Positions 18,660-28,496 of a stretch of 64,000 nucleotides of DNA are shown one piece after another (the stretch's first letter is position 1; the number at the start of each line of letters is the position of its first letter). The stretch lies in IMG/VR virus record IMGVR_UViG_3300042901_000352, one strand, 5' to 3'. Source of the DNA: an uncultured virus (IMG/VR IMGVR_UViG_3300042901_000352). Its lineage: Duplodnaviria > Heunggongvirae > Uroviricota > Caudoviricetes. Under the pieces are notes generated by a model that did not search any database, was not told the DNA's origin, and saw nothing but the letters and a program-made list of their open reading frames with translations. The position numbers and the translations under genes are program-made.

Positions 18660-20174
18660 TTAGTAGTAATTAGCACGTTTCTTATACATCCAGCTATCTT
18701 CATCAATATCCTTATCTTTAGCAGATCCAATAAAGCCCCCAGACCTAAACCTAGCAAGAGCTAAAGTTACGGCGTCCACAAAGTCATCATTCCTACCTGC
18801 TGGAAACGAGGCAATCTCATTAATTACTTCATCAGCCCATCGAGTAAGAGGAGCCCATACTTTACCAGAAGCAAAAATATCAGCCACCGCATTAAGTCTT
18901 GATATCTTATCTTGTCCACGTGATGGTGTAAACTCTTGTACAGGTATGCCCATCCGTCTTAACTCGTAAATTAGTGGAGCTCCTGAAGCTTTCTTCTCAA
19001 CAATAACCCCATCAGGCTCCCACTCTTGATAAAACTCTAACGTGCGTTGCTTTAAATCAGGAAACTCTAACCGCTCTCGCCATGCTTCCAAAAGTATTAA
19101 ATTAGGCTGATCACCATCTTCAGGATTGTTCCAAACACCAAATATAACAACAGCACTATAGTCAGCACTCGTCTTTTTTTCAAACGCAGTATCCATTGAC
19201 ATTAGTAGAAAGTCACAATCAGGCGGATCTTTTTCCTTCCATTCTTGCCACCACTCCCTTTTAATTATCGCCGTTGCTTCAGACGTAGGTTGCTGTTGGT
19301 ACTGTGCTTGCCATTTACTAGCTGGAATTTCGTTGCGTACCGCCTCTAGTTCCTCAATGTTCCAAAACTCAGGCCATAGTGGCTTGCCACTGGGTAATAT
19401 AGCAGGGAACTCAACAACCTCCCATTTATCTCCGCCATTCATAGCAGAGTGTTCTAAAATCTGTCCTGTAAGATCTCGCATTGACCATCGGGTCATAACG
19501 ATAATAATGGCTCCCCCAGGCTGTAACCGCTGTCTTGGACCTGATGAATACCAACTAAAGACCTTATCGTAAACTTCAGGGTTAAACTGAGCTATAACGG
19601 CTTCGCCTTCTGAATGAGGGTCATCAATAATGAGCAAATCAGCACCCCGCCCAGTAACGGTGCCACCAACACCAGCAGCAAAGTACTCGCCATTAAAGTT
19701 GGTGTTCCAGCGTCCCGCTGCCTTGGAATCCGTGCGGAGCTCGACTTCTGGGAATATTCGTCTGTATTCATCTGAGTTTACCAAGTTACGTACTTTACGA
19801 CCAAAACCCTCAGCTAACTCAGCAGTGTTGCTTATCTGCATTATCTTTTTCTTAGGAAACTGCCCTAAGAACCACGCGGGTAATAAATAAGACGCAAACT
19901 CAGACTTGGTATGCCTCGGCCCAAGATTAATAATAATTCTTTTCTTTTCCCCACGAGCAACAGCCTCAAAAAGCTTCGCTATACGCCTATGGTGCGCACC
20001 ACTAATAAAGTCAGGCCACACTGAATTAACAAAGGCTATATAGTCTTTTCTGGCATGGGCTCTTTCTTTACGGGTATTTAATTCTTGTATAACATCTAAT
20101 AAGGCAGCTTTTTCCGCTAGTGGCGCGGCACTGATAAGGGCATCAAAATCTTCTGGGCTAAAGTCTTCAAACAC
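18660..20174 (-). CDS. terL: Terminase large subunit (phage A)
   Basis: PRHTKS Walker A, LLIIDDPH, MTRW, YQQQP, FPAGRNDDFVDA. Confidence 0.95.
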   Translation of the reverse strand: MFEDFSPEDFDALISAAPLAEKAALLDVIQELNTRKERAHARKDYIAFVNSVWPDFISGAHHRRIAKLFEAVARGEKKRIIINLGPRHTKSEFASYLLPAWFLGQFPKKKIMQISNTAELAEGFGRKVRNLVNSDEYRRIFPEVELRTDSKAAGRWNTNFNGEYFAAGVGGTVTGRGADLLIIDDPHSEGEAVIAQFNPEVYDKVFSWYSSGPRQRLQPGGAIIIVMTRWSMRDLTGQILEHSAMNGGDKWEVVEFPAILPSGKPLWPEFWNIEELEAVRNEIPASKWQAQYQQQPTSEATAIIKREWWQEWKEKDPPDCDFLLMSMDTAFEKKTSADYSAVVIFGVWNNPEDGDQPNLILLEAWRERLEFPDLKQRTLEFYQEWEPDGVIVEKKASGAPLIYELRRMGIPVQEFTPSRGQDKISRLNAVADIFASGKVWAPLTRWADEVINEIASFPAGRNDDFVDAVTLALARFRSGGFIGSAKDKDIDEDSWMYKKRANYY

Positions 20175-20679
20175 TCAATACCACCCCTTCAATAACCTTT
20201 TCATCAGATTTATTAAGGTATCTTTGCATGGCTTGGCGTAAAGTCTTTTCTAACTCGTCACTAGTCTTATGGGTAATGCTAAGTTCTGTTTTCTCCACCA
20301 TGAGGCCCACGGTGCTTGTTTTTGCAAGCGTGTCTAAAGCAGATTTACTTATTTTTGGATCAGGATCGTTGGCTTGTTGTACCAGTTTAGTTAGCACAAA
20401 GTTTTGCCATTGTCCCTGTGTTGTAGGCAAATCAAAGTTGTATTGCCCGAAGTGAGTTTTTAAATACCTTTCCGCTGCAAGTGATGGCGCGTTTGATAAT
20501 TTTACACCTTCTTGCGCAGTCTTTTCCGCCCATTTTTTGTCTTCTTCTGTAGGTGTCAGTGGAAGATCAGCAGGGTGATTTAGTTCTTGGAATTTTAAGT
20601 CCGCAAAAACTTCTTGTACATTGGCACTAGGTGAGCCTAGAGGTATTTCGAAATCGTCTATAGTTTTATTTTTTGTCAT
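20167..20679 (-). CDS. Putative terminase small subunit (phage A)
   Basis: Overlaps TerL start; helical 170 aa. Confidence 0.6.
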   Translation of the reverse strand: MTKNKTIDDFEIPLGSPSANVQEVFADLKFQELNHPADLPLTPTEEDKKWAEKTAQEGVKLSNAPSLAAERYLKTHFGQYNFDLPTTQGQWQNFVLTKLVQQANDPDPKISKSALDTLAKTSTVGLMVEKTELSITHKTSDELEKTLRQAMQRYLNKSDEKVIEGVVLSV

Positions 20680-21096
20680 GTTCGCAGAACTCGGAGTTCA
20701 GATGGTGGAAGCGTAAGGTATACAGCAGGGTATGTCAATGGAAATTTTTATATAAAATTTTTTCAGTTTTGTTTTGAAAAAGGTATGGGGGGTGTTTTTG
20801 CAGAAAGCGTACTTTTTGTAGTGTAATTATGTTTTGAGATTTTGATGGAAATTTTGGGATTAAGTGAGTGGAACATAGTATATGCGCACCTGCCGGGACG
20901 TTAACGCTGAGCGGGGGTTGCCCCATGGGTGGGGTCTGTGAAGCAGTCATGAAGAGGCCAGGCGACTGAGTTTTGACGTTAGCCAAGCTGCATAACGTGT
21001 TTCAATTGATTGATAATATTTATTTGATTTGTTTGTTTTAATGTGTTAACCTGTACTTGTTGTCGGGATTGTCCCGACCTTTTACGAGGTCTTATA

Positions 21097-21765
21097 ATGT
21101 ATAACTTAACTATTAAATCTACTTGGAAAGCTATCAAAGCTATTATTGATATGCCTAAGCTTTCAAACCCTAGCAAGATGCCTTGCTATTCTATGTCAAT
21201 ACCAGCGCAAGCTTGTAAAGTGGGTAGTATACTGGCTAACATAGTCGGCACGGTTTGTTCTGATTGCTATGCTTTAAAGGGCATGTATATGTTCCCTGAT
21301 GCCAAAAAACTACGGGAACACAATTTAAAATTGATTCAAGGTAACCTCGCACAATGGGTGGTTTACTCGATAGTGCTTATAGGTAAATCTAGCCTTAAGA
21401 ATGGATATTTTAGGTGGTTTGATAGTGGCGATTTACAGGATGTTAACCACTTAAAAGCTATTATTGAAATTGCCATTGCATTGCCTACTATCCAATTTTG
21501 GATGCCTACTAAAGAGCATAACTTGTTAAAAGATGTTTTTATCCGTCAGGGCATCGCATGCCCCGATAACCTGATCATCCGCCTATCATCAAATTATATT
21601 GACCAAGCGCCAAGCACCAAGCAATTTTTAACAAGCACTGTATTCAGCCATGGTAGCCAGCCAATCGGACAACAATGCATTGCACCGAGTCAAGATGGTA
21701 AGTGCTTAGACTGCCGTGCTTGCTGGAATAAATCAATTCCCACAATTGCCTACGCTCAACACTAA
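21097..21765 (+). CDS. Gp88-family (radical-SAM-related) protein
   Basis: SKMP, C..CYALKG, FRWFDSGD, C..CRACW; ATG 21097 after GAGGT. Confidence 0.8.
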   Translation: MYNLTIKSTWKAIKAIIDMPKLSNPSKMPCYSMSIPAQACKVGSILANIVGTVCSDCYALKGMYMFPDAKKLREHNLKLIQGNLAQWVVYSIVLIGKSSLKNGYFRWFDSGDLQDVNHLKAIIEIAIALPTIQFWMPTKEHNLLKDVFIRQGIACPDNLIIRLSSNYIDQAPSTKQFLTSTVFSHGSQPIGQQCIAPSQDGKCLDCRACWNKSIPTIAYAQH

Positions 21766-21803
21766 ACAAACCAAATAAAATCGAATCAAGGGGGCATAAT
21801 AAA

Positions 21804-22049
21804 ATGAAAATAACAATTGAAAATAACATAGAATCAAATAAATATAAATATTGTCTAATTTGGCAAGGCAACGGGACAATAGAAGATCCGGAATATTGTG
21901 TAGCTAACTTTAGCAATAAAAAACATGCTATTAAAATATTAAATTTTTTGGTTTGGTATCAAAAAAGATTTGGTGATTTTGATAACATTAACGATTGCGC
22001 TGTAAGATTAGCTAACGCTTGTAGTCAATCAAAAATAAGCTATGTATAA
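21804..22049 (+). CDS. Hypothetical protein
   Basis: 81 aa ORF with G-rich RBS. Confidence 0.55.
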   Translation: MKITIENNIESNKYKYCLIWQGNGTIEDPEYCVANFSNKKHAIKILNFLVWYQKRFGDFDNINDCAVRLANACSQSKISYV

Positions 22050-22143
22050 GGTGATGAAAATGAAATATACAGGCGTGCGTACGATCCTGCTCATCATCAT
22101 CGCTTGAGCATGGGGGCGTAAAAACCCCACTAACTTAGTTAAC

Positions 22144-22168
22144 AAGGGGGACATATGTCCCCTTTTTT
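22144..22168 (+). terminator. Intrinsic terminator
   Basis: GGGGACATATGTCCCC palindrome followed by T6. Confidence 0.7.
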
Positions 22169-22903
22169 GTGCATGCAATCTTTAGCAGTCATACCCTGCT
22201 CAACCTACCAAATTAACGCTGTAGCACTATCTTTATTGAACGAAAGAGAAAAAGTAATACTAAGACCTAGGTTTAAAATTATCGGGGCTTAAATCAATTA
22301 TTTTTATGTCAACACACAGGCAATTAGATCAGGCAGGATAGTCACGACTTAAAATTATACTTTATGGGGCTACAGTCTGCGGTCTGCTTGAGTTAAATAA
22401 GCTTGTTGTGTAGGTTTAAAAATGGTTTGTACAAAATAGGCATATTGGCAATTTGATGGCAAAGTCCAGCAGTTCTGTGGTTCAGTTGTATTTGTTAAGT
22501 TATATTATTATTATTAAAATAAATAAATATATATATTCTAGAGATCTAAAAAAAGTACTGTTCTCTTTTTGTTCTCCTTTTACACTTCTCTTTTTTTCAA
22601 TCTAAATATAAGAACTCTCTCAGAACTTAAATAATTTTTTAAATCTCGCTATACGCTTCTCCACACCATGCATAAACTCTACAATCTCACAAGCAATAGA
22701 CAATTGTCCTAATTTGTACAAGCTAAATCTCAACGCACATACAAACCCCTTTTTTTCAATCACGCATACAGTACGGCAATACCTGCAGAGCTTGTTAGGC
22801 GATTTAATTATTTTTTTCAGCAGCAAAACCTCTACAACCCGCATGAAACCTGGATTGTTACTTTGTAGTGTCAGTTAATTTTATTTTTTATGGCGATTAC
22901 ACG

Positions 22904-22932
22904 TTGACATTGGTATTTAAAACTATTATGCT
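22904..22932 (+). promoter_or_regulatory. Sigma70-like promoter
   Basis: TTGACA-17 nt-TATGCT; second TTGACT-16-TATATT at 22952-22979. Confidence 0.65.
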
Positions 22933-23011
22933 TTAGCCATACATTAACTATTTGACTTATTATTTAGTTCTGATATATTACCAACTCCGTAACACACATT
23001 ATATATAACTT

Positions 23012-23218
23012 ATGACTAAAAAAACTATATCAGTAGCTATATCTCGCAAGGCTTATGCTATATTAAAAGACAAAGCTCACCATGAAAGGCGGAGTGTTAA
23101 TATATGGCTTGACTATTATTTAGAAAAAACATTCCCTATGGAATGGCGTCAAACTCAGGACAATATTGCTGTAAAAGACTCAAAACTACAAGCAGTTTTA
23201 AAAGATTGGGAAGATTAA
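23012..23218 (+). CDS. Ribbon-helix-helix-like DNA-binding protein
   Basis: KTISVAIS..AY..LK..A..ERRSV pattern. Confidence 0.55.
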   Translation: MTKKTISVAISRKAYAILKDKAHHERRSVNIWLDYYLEKTFPMEWRQTQDNIAVKDSKLQAVLKDWED

Positions 23219-23265
23219 AACTTAATTTCAACAGAGCTGGGTAACACCAGCTCAAGGATAAAAAG

Positions 23266-23529
23266 ATGAGCGAATTTAAAATACCGAGGGACGCACTACT
23301 CACTACATGCGTGGTGGCAGGGGTAGACATGGACGTAATTTACACATACGAACCACCTGATTATATAGGTGCTTTAGTACACGGACACCGTGGTCTGGTA
23401 GAGATATATGCTGTTATACACAGCGGAGTTGATCTTATCTTGGTTTTAAACGAGGAAACAATAGGAGAGATAGAAAAGCAATTGTTGGAGCAACACGAAG
23501 AGATGCACGAAGACCGAGACCTTTATTAA
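23266..23529 (+). CDS. Hypothetical protein
   Basis: ORF track; RBS AAGGA. Confidence 0.6.
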   Translation: MSEFKIPRDALLTTCVVAGVDMDVIYTYEPPDYIGALVHGHRGLVEIYAVIHSGVDLILVLNEETIGEIEKQLLEQHEEMHEDRDLY

Positions 23530-23568
23530 ACGCAAACCGAACGCATACAACCTAATTGGAGAGACACA

Positions 23569-23901
23569 ATGACCCCAAAAGATAAAAGGGACTACCTGAA
23601 CCTATTGCTCAATGCGATAGTACGTCACGATGAAGACTTTTTCTATACGCATACGGGAGCTATTTGTTGGGAGGTAGAAACAAATAAGACCGTGTATTGC
23701 ACACCAGCATGGGAGTATGTAGAAAATGATAGCCTCGAACTGCCTGACGATGGCGAGATTGGTATTACATTCGACTGGATAGAAGACGATAGGGACAGGA
23801 ATGTATTTATCGGATTTTACACCAGCTACGACAACCTTGAGTCAGATTTAGCTGACTATATGTATATTTTAAACTATTGGAGAGAGGAGTATTTAAAATG
23901 A
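23569..23901 (+). CDS. Hypothetical acidic protein
   Basis: ORF track; RBS GGAGA. Confidence 0.6.
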   Translation: MTPKDKRDYLNLLLNAIVRHDEDFFYTHTGAICWEVETNKTVYCTPAWEYVENDSLELPDDGEIGITFDWIEDDRDRNVFIGFYTSYDNLESDLADYMYILNYWREEYLK

Positions 23902-24210
23902 ATGAACGCACATGGGAAGAGATAAACAAGGACATTGAGGTATGGGATCAACGTCAACACCGACTTCGTGTTGAACAAGCTAAAGAGCTATATAAAGAAG
24001 GTTTGGAAGTTTTCCGTAAATACCTAGCTGGAGAAATAAAATGAGCAAACTAGAAGAGTTAAAAGAAAGAGCAAAGCAAATAAGATCGAGCCGAAGCCAT
24101 TGGGCATCGAGTCAGGATGGTAGTTATGAAATGGCATTAAACGAGTCTGGATATTACAGACTATTGAAAGAGATAGAAGACTTAGAAAAAGAAATCAACG
24201 GAGAGAAACA

Positions 24211-24420
24211 ATGAAATACGAAGTGCAAACTAATTTTGGAAACGATAATTGGGAAAACGTGTGGCATGACGACACCACAACCCTAACTTATTTTGACACA
24301 GTAGAGGAAGCCCTACAGGAGATAGACGATCTTATTGAAGAGATGGAATTGCAGGGGATGGACTACGATATAGAAGACTACAGGATCATGCCTGTGGCTG
24401 AACTAAAAGATTTAATTTAG
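24211..24420 (+). CDS. Hypothetical acidic protein
   Basis: ORF track; RBS GGAGA. Confidence 0.6.
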   Translation: MKYEVQTNFGNDNWENVWHDDTTTLTYFDTVEEALQEIDDLIEEMELQGMDYDIEDYRIMPVAELKDLI

Positions 24421-24595
24421 GGGACTACGATGATCTTAACAACGACAAAAAATAACGCACACAGAGTATTACTCGATGTCGCAGGTGGAGGATATACAGT
24501 ACAGCAAACCGCCAAAGCTATGGAAGCATACAGAGAACTCCTCGCCAAGGGCGAGGTTAAAATTAAGAAAACCATAATAAAACTGGAGCAAGACA

Positions 24596-24787
24596 ATGGC
24601 ACTAACTAAATGGAAGTACACGAAATTCTCAAGAGCTAAATTCGAGGAGGTAGTATGTAGACATTATAAGAATGTAAAAAGGGACTTGAGAAAAGAGGGG
24701 GATATTAACTTATCTTTATATTATTCACACGACAGGCACATTGCTACATGGCATAAAAAAGGTGCATGGATGGAGGTAATACAATGA
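24596..24787 (+). CDS. Hypothetical protein
   Basis: ORF track; RBS GGAG. Confidence 0.55.
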   Translation: MALTKWKYTKFSRAKFEEVVCRHYKNVKRDLRKEGDINLSLYYSHDRHIATWHKKGAWMEVIQ

Positions 24788-25065
24788 GCGATACAAACCG
24801 ATACTACCTAGTAAACATCATAGATGATTACTATGCCATGGAGTTCAGAACTAGCGTGCTTGTGCGGGCAACAGATAAAACGATTGACCTAAAGGTCGGA
24901 GAGATATGCTCAAAATGGTACAGCGAATATGAGCCTGTGCTTGAATGTGAAGACGCAGAAGGATTATATGAGCAAGCAAATGGATGTGTAACTTACACCG
25001 ATGGTATTAAAGAGATTAGCGAAACAACTTACAACGAATTAATGAACTTCTTAGGAGCATACTAA
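24784..25065 (+). CDS. Hypothetical protein
   Basis: ATG 24784 after GGAGG. Confidence 0.6.
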   Translation: MSDTNRYYLVNIIDDYYAMEFRTSVLVRATDKTIDLKVGEICSKWYSEYEPVLECEDAEGLYEQANGCVTYTDGIKEISETTYNELMNFLGAY

Positions 25066-25304
25066 TGGACACTAAAAACTTATTAGCAACAATTACACTC
25101 ACAGCTCTTTTTACTTTCAGCTTAGGCTATGTAACAGGACAACAAAACGACAATTCGAAGTTCACTATACACAAGACACGCTCAGGTATGTTCATCGTAG
25201 ATGACACAGCTCAAAGCAAAGGCAAAATGGAGTCCAAAATATACGAAGTGCTAGAGCTACCGACCAACCGAAAGAGCTTTCAAGAAGGAGATATATCACA
25301 ATGA
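25065..25304 (+). CDS. Small N-terminally anchored/secreted protein, homologue of 63165-63386
   Basis: Hydrophobic N-terminus; IHKTRSG.FI and IY.VLELP.N. Confidence 0.7.
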   Translation: MDTKNLLATITLTALFTFSLGYVTGQQNDNSKFTIHKTRSGMFIVDDTAQSKGKMESKIYEVLELPTNRKSFQEGDISQ

Positions 25305-25900
25305 GAATCTTAGTAGGGTGTGAAGAGTCACAAACAGTAACGAAAGCATTCCAAGCATTAGGTCATGAAACATATAGTTGTGACATTGTACCGTGTTCAG
25401 GAGGGCATCCCGAATGGCATATCAGAGGGGATGTATTTGATGCGATAGATGAGGGCGGTTGGGACATGGGTATTTTCTTTCCTCCTTGTACATACCTCAC
25501 CGTGACGGGCAACAAGTGGTTTAAAGATCAACCGCCAAGAAAGTCTGGTGCTTTAGTTGGACAGGCTCGAAGAGATGCTAGAGAAGATGCGATCTTTTTC
25601 TTTATGCGATTGATGACCTGTAATATACCTAAGATTGCCATAGAGAATCCGATTGGTATTATGACATCAAGATATAGAAAACCCGATCAGGTGTTACAGC
25701 CTTGGATGTTTGGACATAATGAACAGAAAGCAACATGCCTGTGGTTAAAGAACTTACCGACCTTAACACCGACAGACATAGTAGAGGGGAGAGAACAAAA
25801 GCTACACTTACTACCGCCGTCTAAAGACAGAGCAAAGCTAAGATCAAAAACATATCAAGGCATAGCATCAGCTATGGCACAACAATGGGGATCACAATGA
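25301..25900 (+). CDS. Phage DNA cytosine methyltransferase-like protein
   Basis: ILVGCEESQ, SCD, FPPCTYL, IENP, KATCLWL, RSKTY. Confidence 0.75.
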   Translation: MRILVGCEESQTVTKAFQALGHETYSCDIVPCSGGHPEWHIRGDVFDAIDEGGWDMGIFFPPCTYLTVTGNKWFKDQPPRKSGALVGQARRDAREDAIFFFMRLMTCNIPKIAIENPIGIMTSRYRKPDQVLQPWMFGHNEQKATCLWLKNLPTLTPTDIVEGREQKLHLLPPSKDRAKLRSKTYQGIASAMAQQWGSQ

Positions 25901-26151
25901 ACTGGAAAAAAGAAATAGAAGACGAAGTGCGATCACTAGGCGAGGATATAGCCTCACTTGCAACAACATTAACGGAAGCAGAGATGTTACAAGAGTTTGA
26001 TGGGGATAGCTACGGACTACCAAACGGCAAACCATTCACAGCATGGACAACTAATTATGTGTACTTTCCTGCTGCTTATGATGGAGCGGAATGGGTTGAG
26101 AGCGTACCTCGTGATCCATGTATGAAAAAGACAGCACATGTAGGGGGTTAA
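25897..26151 (+). CDS. Conserved hypothetical phage protein
   Basis: FTAWT..VYFP..YDGAEWV.SVPRDP. Confidence 0.65.
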   Translation: MNWKKEIEDEVRSLGEDIASLATTLTEAEMLQEFDGDSYGLPNGKPFTAWTTNYVYFPAAYDGAEWVESVPRDPCMKKTAHVGG

Positions 26152-26152
26152 G

Positions 26153-27145
26153 ATGACACCACAAGAATTAATGACAGCCTTCCCACACTATACGTTCGTA
26201 GTACACGAAAAAAAGAAAGGAGAACCGCTAGAACATGGGGTTATTCCAATGAGCGTATATATAAGGTATGAGATTGAAAAAGATATGCTGTATATCGACT
26301 CACGTTTTATAACGCAAGAGTACCTGGGCGAAGAAGCAGTCATATGGAAGAAGACCTCAGCATACTGTGGAACGCTTTTGAAACGCATAGAGGCAGGGAC
26401 AGGACGCAGGACTAAACCGATCTATTGCCTAGCATTTGACTTGACGTATGGAGAGCAAAAAGAAGATGTAACCTCACGTATACGCAAAAGAAAAGGTAGA
26501 CCATTACAGGTAGCCAACACAGCCAAATTGACCGCTAGAGCTAAAGAAGTAGCACCGAGATTAAAGAGTTTAAACACACGACTAATGGAGTGGCAAAAAG
26601 AATACGAACATCTACCCATATGGAGTGATCTATCTGAAGCAATAAAAGAGGCTAAGAAGTTCTATGAAGACAGCTACGATATGCTCAGTATGGGAAAACG
26701 TAAACGGGTAATGCCTGATCCAAGTCCGATCAAGACTATTAAGAAAGAGATCATATTACCGAAGCACAAGATACTATGCAAAGGACTCGATGAACTCATA
26801 TCACGCGATACGGACGCAATATTTAAAAACATAAGGGAGTTTAGAACAGATGAAAAAGGGGTGACTACACTATACGAAAAGGAATTCAGACCGATACTGC
26901 CTAGAGAAGAGTGGATCGCAAGATACGAACAGGGGACAACCTTGGACGGGAAGACAGTATACAAGCACTTGTATGTATTGGTAAGTGTATTAAAATCAGG
27001 GGCTTATGAGAATGAGGACATCAAAGACTATAAGAGGGATGTTCGCTTTGTGCAGATGTGTCAAAAGCAAGTTGGAAAAGCAGCACACCGCTGTGCATTA
27101 TTTGACTTAACAAAAAAGCTTGACAATGAAATCATTAACGACTAA
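26153..27145 (+). CDS. Hypothetical protein (330 aa)
   Basis: Long ORF, no motif recognised. Confidence 0.7.
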   Translation: MTPQELMTAFPHYTFVVHEKKKGEPLEHGVIPMSVYIRYEIEKDMLYIDSRFITQEYLGEEAVIWKKTSAYCGTLLKRIEAGTGRRTKPIYCLAFDLTYGEQKEDVTSRIRKRKGRPLQVANTAKLTARAKEVAPRLKSLNTRLMEWQKEYEHLPIWSDLSEAIKEAKKFYEDSYDMLSMGKRKRVMPDPSPIKTIKKEIILPKHKILCKGLDELISRDTDAIFKNIREFRTDEKGVTTLYEKEFRPILPREEWIARYEQGTTLDGKTVYKHLYVLVSVLKSGAYENEDIKDYKRDVRFVQMCQKQVGKAAHRCALFDLTKKLDNEIIND

Positions 27146-27148
27146 TCT
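27120..27148 (+). promoter_or_regulatory. Sigma70-like promoter upstream of the repeat array
   Basis: TTGACA (27120-27125)-17 nt-TAATCT (27143-27148). Confidence 0.6.
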
Positions 27149-27353
27149 GTTAAACACGTTGGGACTATCCAAACTGATATTAATACTGCTGTTAACCCCC
27201 ATCGATACGATGGCAAGAGATAAGTTTACGGCTAAAGCTCCGATAAGTAAACATTGCTTACAACTCGGAAGACAATACCGCCATGCGGTAAAAACTAATA
27301 ACCCCATCCGCCACTTACTGGCGGAGAAACTTTGGAAGGAGTGTGGAGTATAA
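27126..27353 (+). CDS. Small hypothetical protein with hydrophobic N-terminal segment
   Basis: ORF ends 8 nt before the array. Confidence 0.5.
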   Translation: MKSLTTNLLNTLGLSKLILILLLTPIDTMARDKFTAKAPISKHCLQLGRQYRHAVKTNNPIRHLLAEKLWKECGV

Positions 27354-27360
27354 CAAAAAC

Positions 27361-27875
27361 AAAGCGAAGCAAAGCGCAGCGTACCACAGCAAAGCCAAGC
27401 GGAGCCAAGCAGAGCGAAGCACAGGCTACAAAGTAGCGTATTAGTAATTCTAAGAGTTATTAATGCGGTATTCGTACCACAAAGCGAAGCATAGCCCAGC
27501 GAAGCAAAGCAGAGCAAAGCACAGGCTACAAAGTAGCGTATTAGTAATTCTAAGAGTTATTAGTGCGGTATTCGTACCATATAGCGCAGCGCAGCGTACC
27601 ACAGCAAAGCCAAGCGGAGCCAAGCAGAGCGAAGCACAGGCTACAAAGTAGCGTATTAGTAATTCTAAGAGTTATTAATGCGGTATTCGTACCACGCAGC
27701 GAAGCCGAGCGGAGCATAGTAAAGCATAGCGAAGCACAGCTTAGTCTAGCAAAGCGCAGCAAAGGCTACAAAGTAGCGTATTAGTAATTCATGTAGTTAT
27801 TAATGCGGTATTCGTACCACAGAGCATAGCAGAGCGAAGCCTAGCGCAGTTTAGCCGAGCGGAGCAAAGCAAAGC
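27361..27875 (+). ncRNA. Array of (NN-AGC)n pentamer tracts separated by four 55-nt hairpin repeats; putative guide-RNA array
   Basis: Repeats at 27426-27480, 27526-27580, 27641-27695, 27766-27820; tracts of 13, 9, 12, 14 and 11 pentamers. Confidence 0.85.
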
Positions 27876-27914
27876 CCCATAAGGGGATAACATTAACCAT
27901 AACAGAGAAATAAA

Positions 27915-28496
27915 ATGAAAAAGATTACAGTTAAATTAACAGGCACATCACCAATCTTATTATCAGCAGACAGACTTGCAGATCCTTTAGACGAAGCAAC
28001 GATTGCCCACAAAGAACTTACATCTAAACGTAAGAAAACAGAAGACGATCACTATGCTATAGCTAAATCACAATGGCGTGGTTTGTTGTACTGGGATGAT
28101 AAATTAAATGTTGTGTTACCTACACAAAACATAAGGGCTGCGATTGTTAATGGTGGCAAGCTAAACAAATTAGGTATGCAGATTAAACGTGGAACAATGA
28201 TGGAGAATGAACTATCTCCTTTAGAATACGGTAAGAAGTTAACTATAGAACAGTTATGGGAGCAACGCTATTTAGATAGACGTAGCGTAGTGGTATCACA
28301 AGCAAGAGTTATATGTTACCGCCCTAAATTTGTTTCCTGGAATACTACCTTCAGTTTATTATATGATGAGAATGTATTAGATGTTAACCAGTTGAAACAG
28401 TCTATAGATAATGCAGGGATGTTCGTAGGTATCGGTGGATTTAGACCTGAAAAAGGTGGTACATTTGGTAGATTCACAGCGGAGATATTAGCATGA
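27915..28496 (+). CDS. Stand-alone Cas7/RAMP-like RNA-binding protein
   Basis: ITVKLTGTSPILL first strand, VLPTQNIRAAI (cf. IPGSSIKGAL), C-terminal Gly loop GIGGFRPEKGGTFGRF. Confidence 0.75.
   Translation: MKKITVKLTGTSPILLSADRLADPLDEATIAHKELTSKRKKTEDDHYAIAKSQWRGLLYWDDKLNVVLPTQNIRAAIVNGGKLNKLGMQIKRGTMMENELSPLEYGKKLTIEQLWEQRYLDRRSVVVSQARVICYRPKFVSWNTTFSLLYDENVLDVNQLKQSIDNAGMFVGIGGFRPEKGGTFGRFTAEILA

Noticed and set aside
327..20455. Plus-strand ORFs opposite phage A late genes (e.g. 1301-1708, 3247-3552, 10704-11111, 17249-17548)
   Set aside because: Antisense shadows of well-supported minus-strand genes
27107..27784. ORFs 27107-27517, 27463-27651, 27550-27762 and 27563-27784
   Set aside because: Translations of the repeat array; a 5-nt period is not codon-compatible and no RBS is evident
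27361..27875. Canonical CRISPR array
   Set aside because: Repeats are 55 nt, spacers are 45-70 nt with strict 5-nt periodicity, and no cas1/cas2 or effector operon is present
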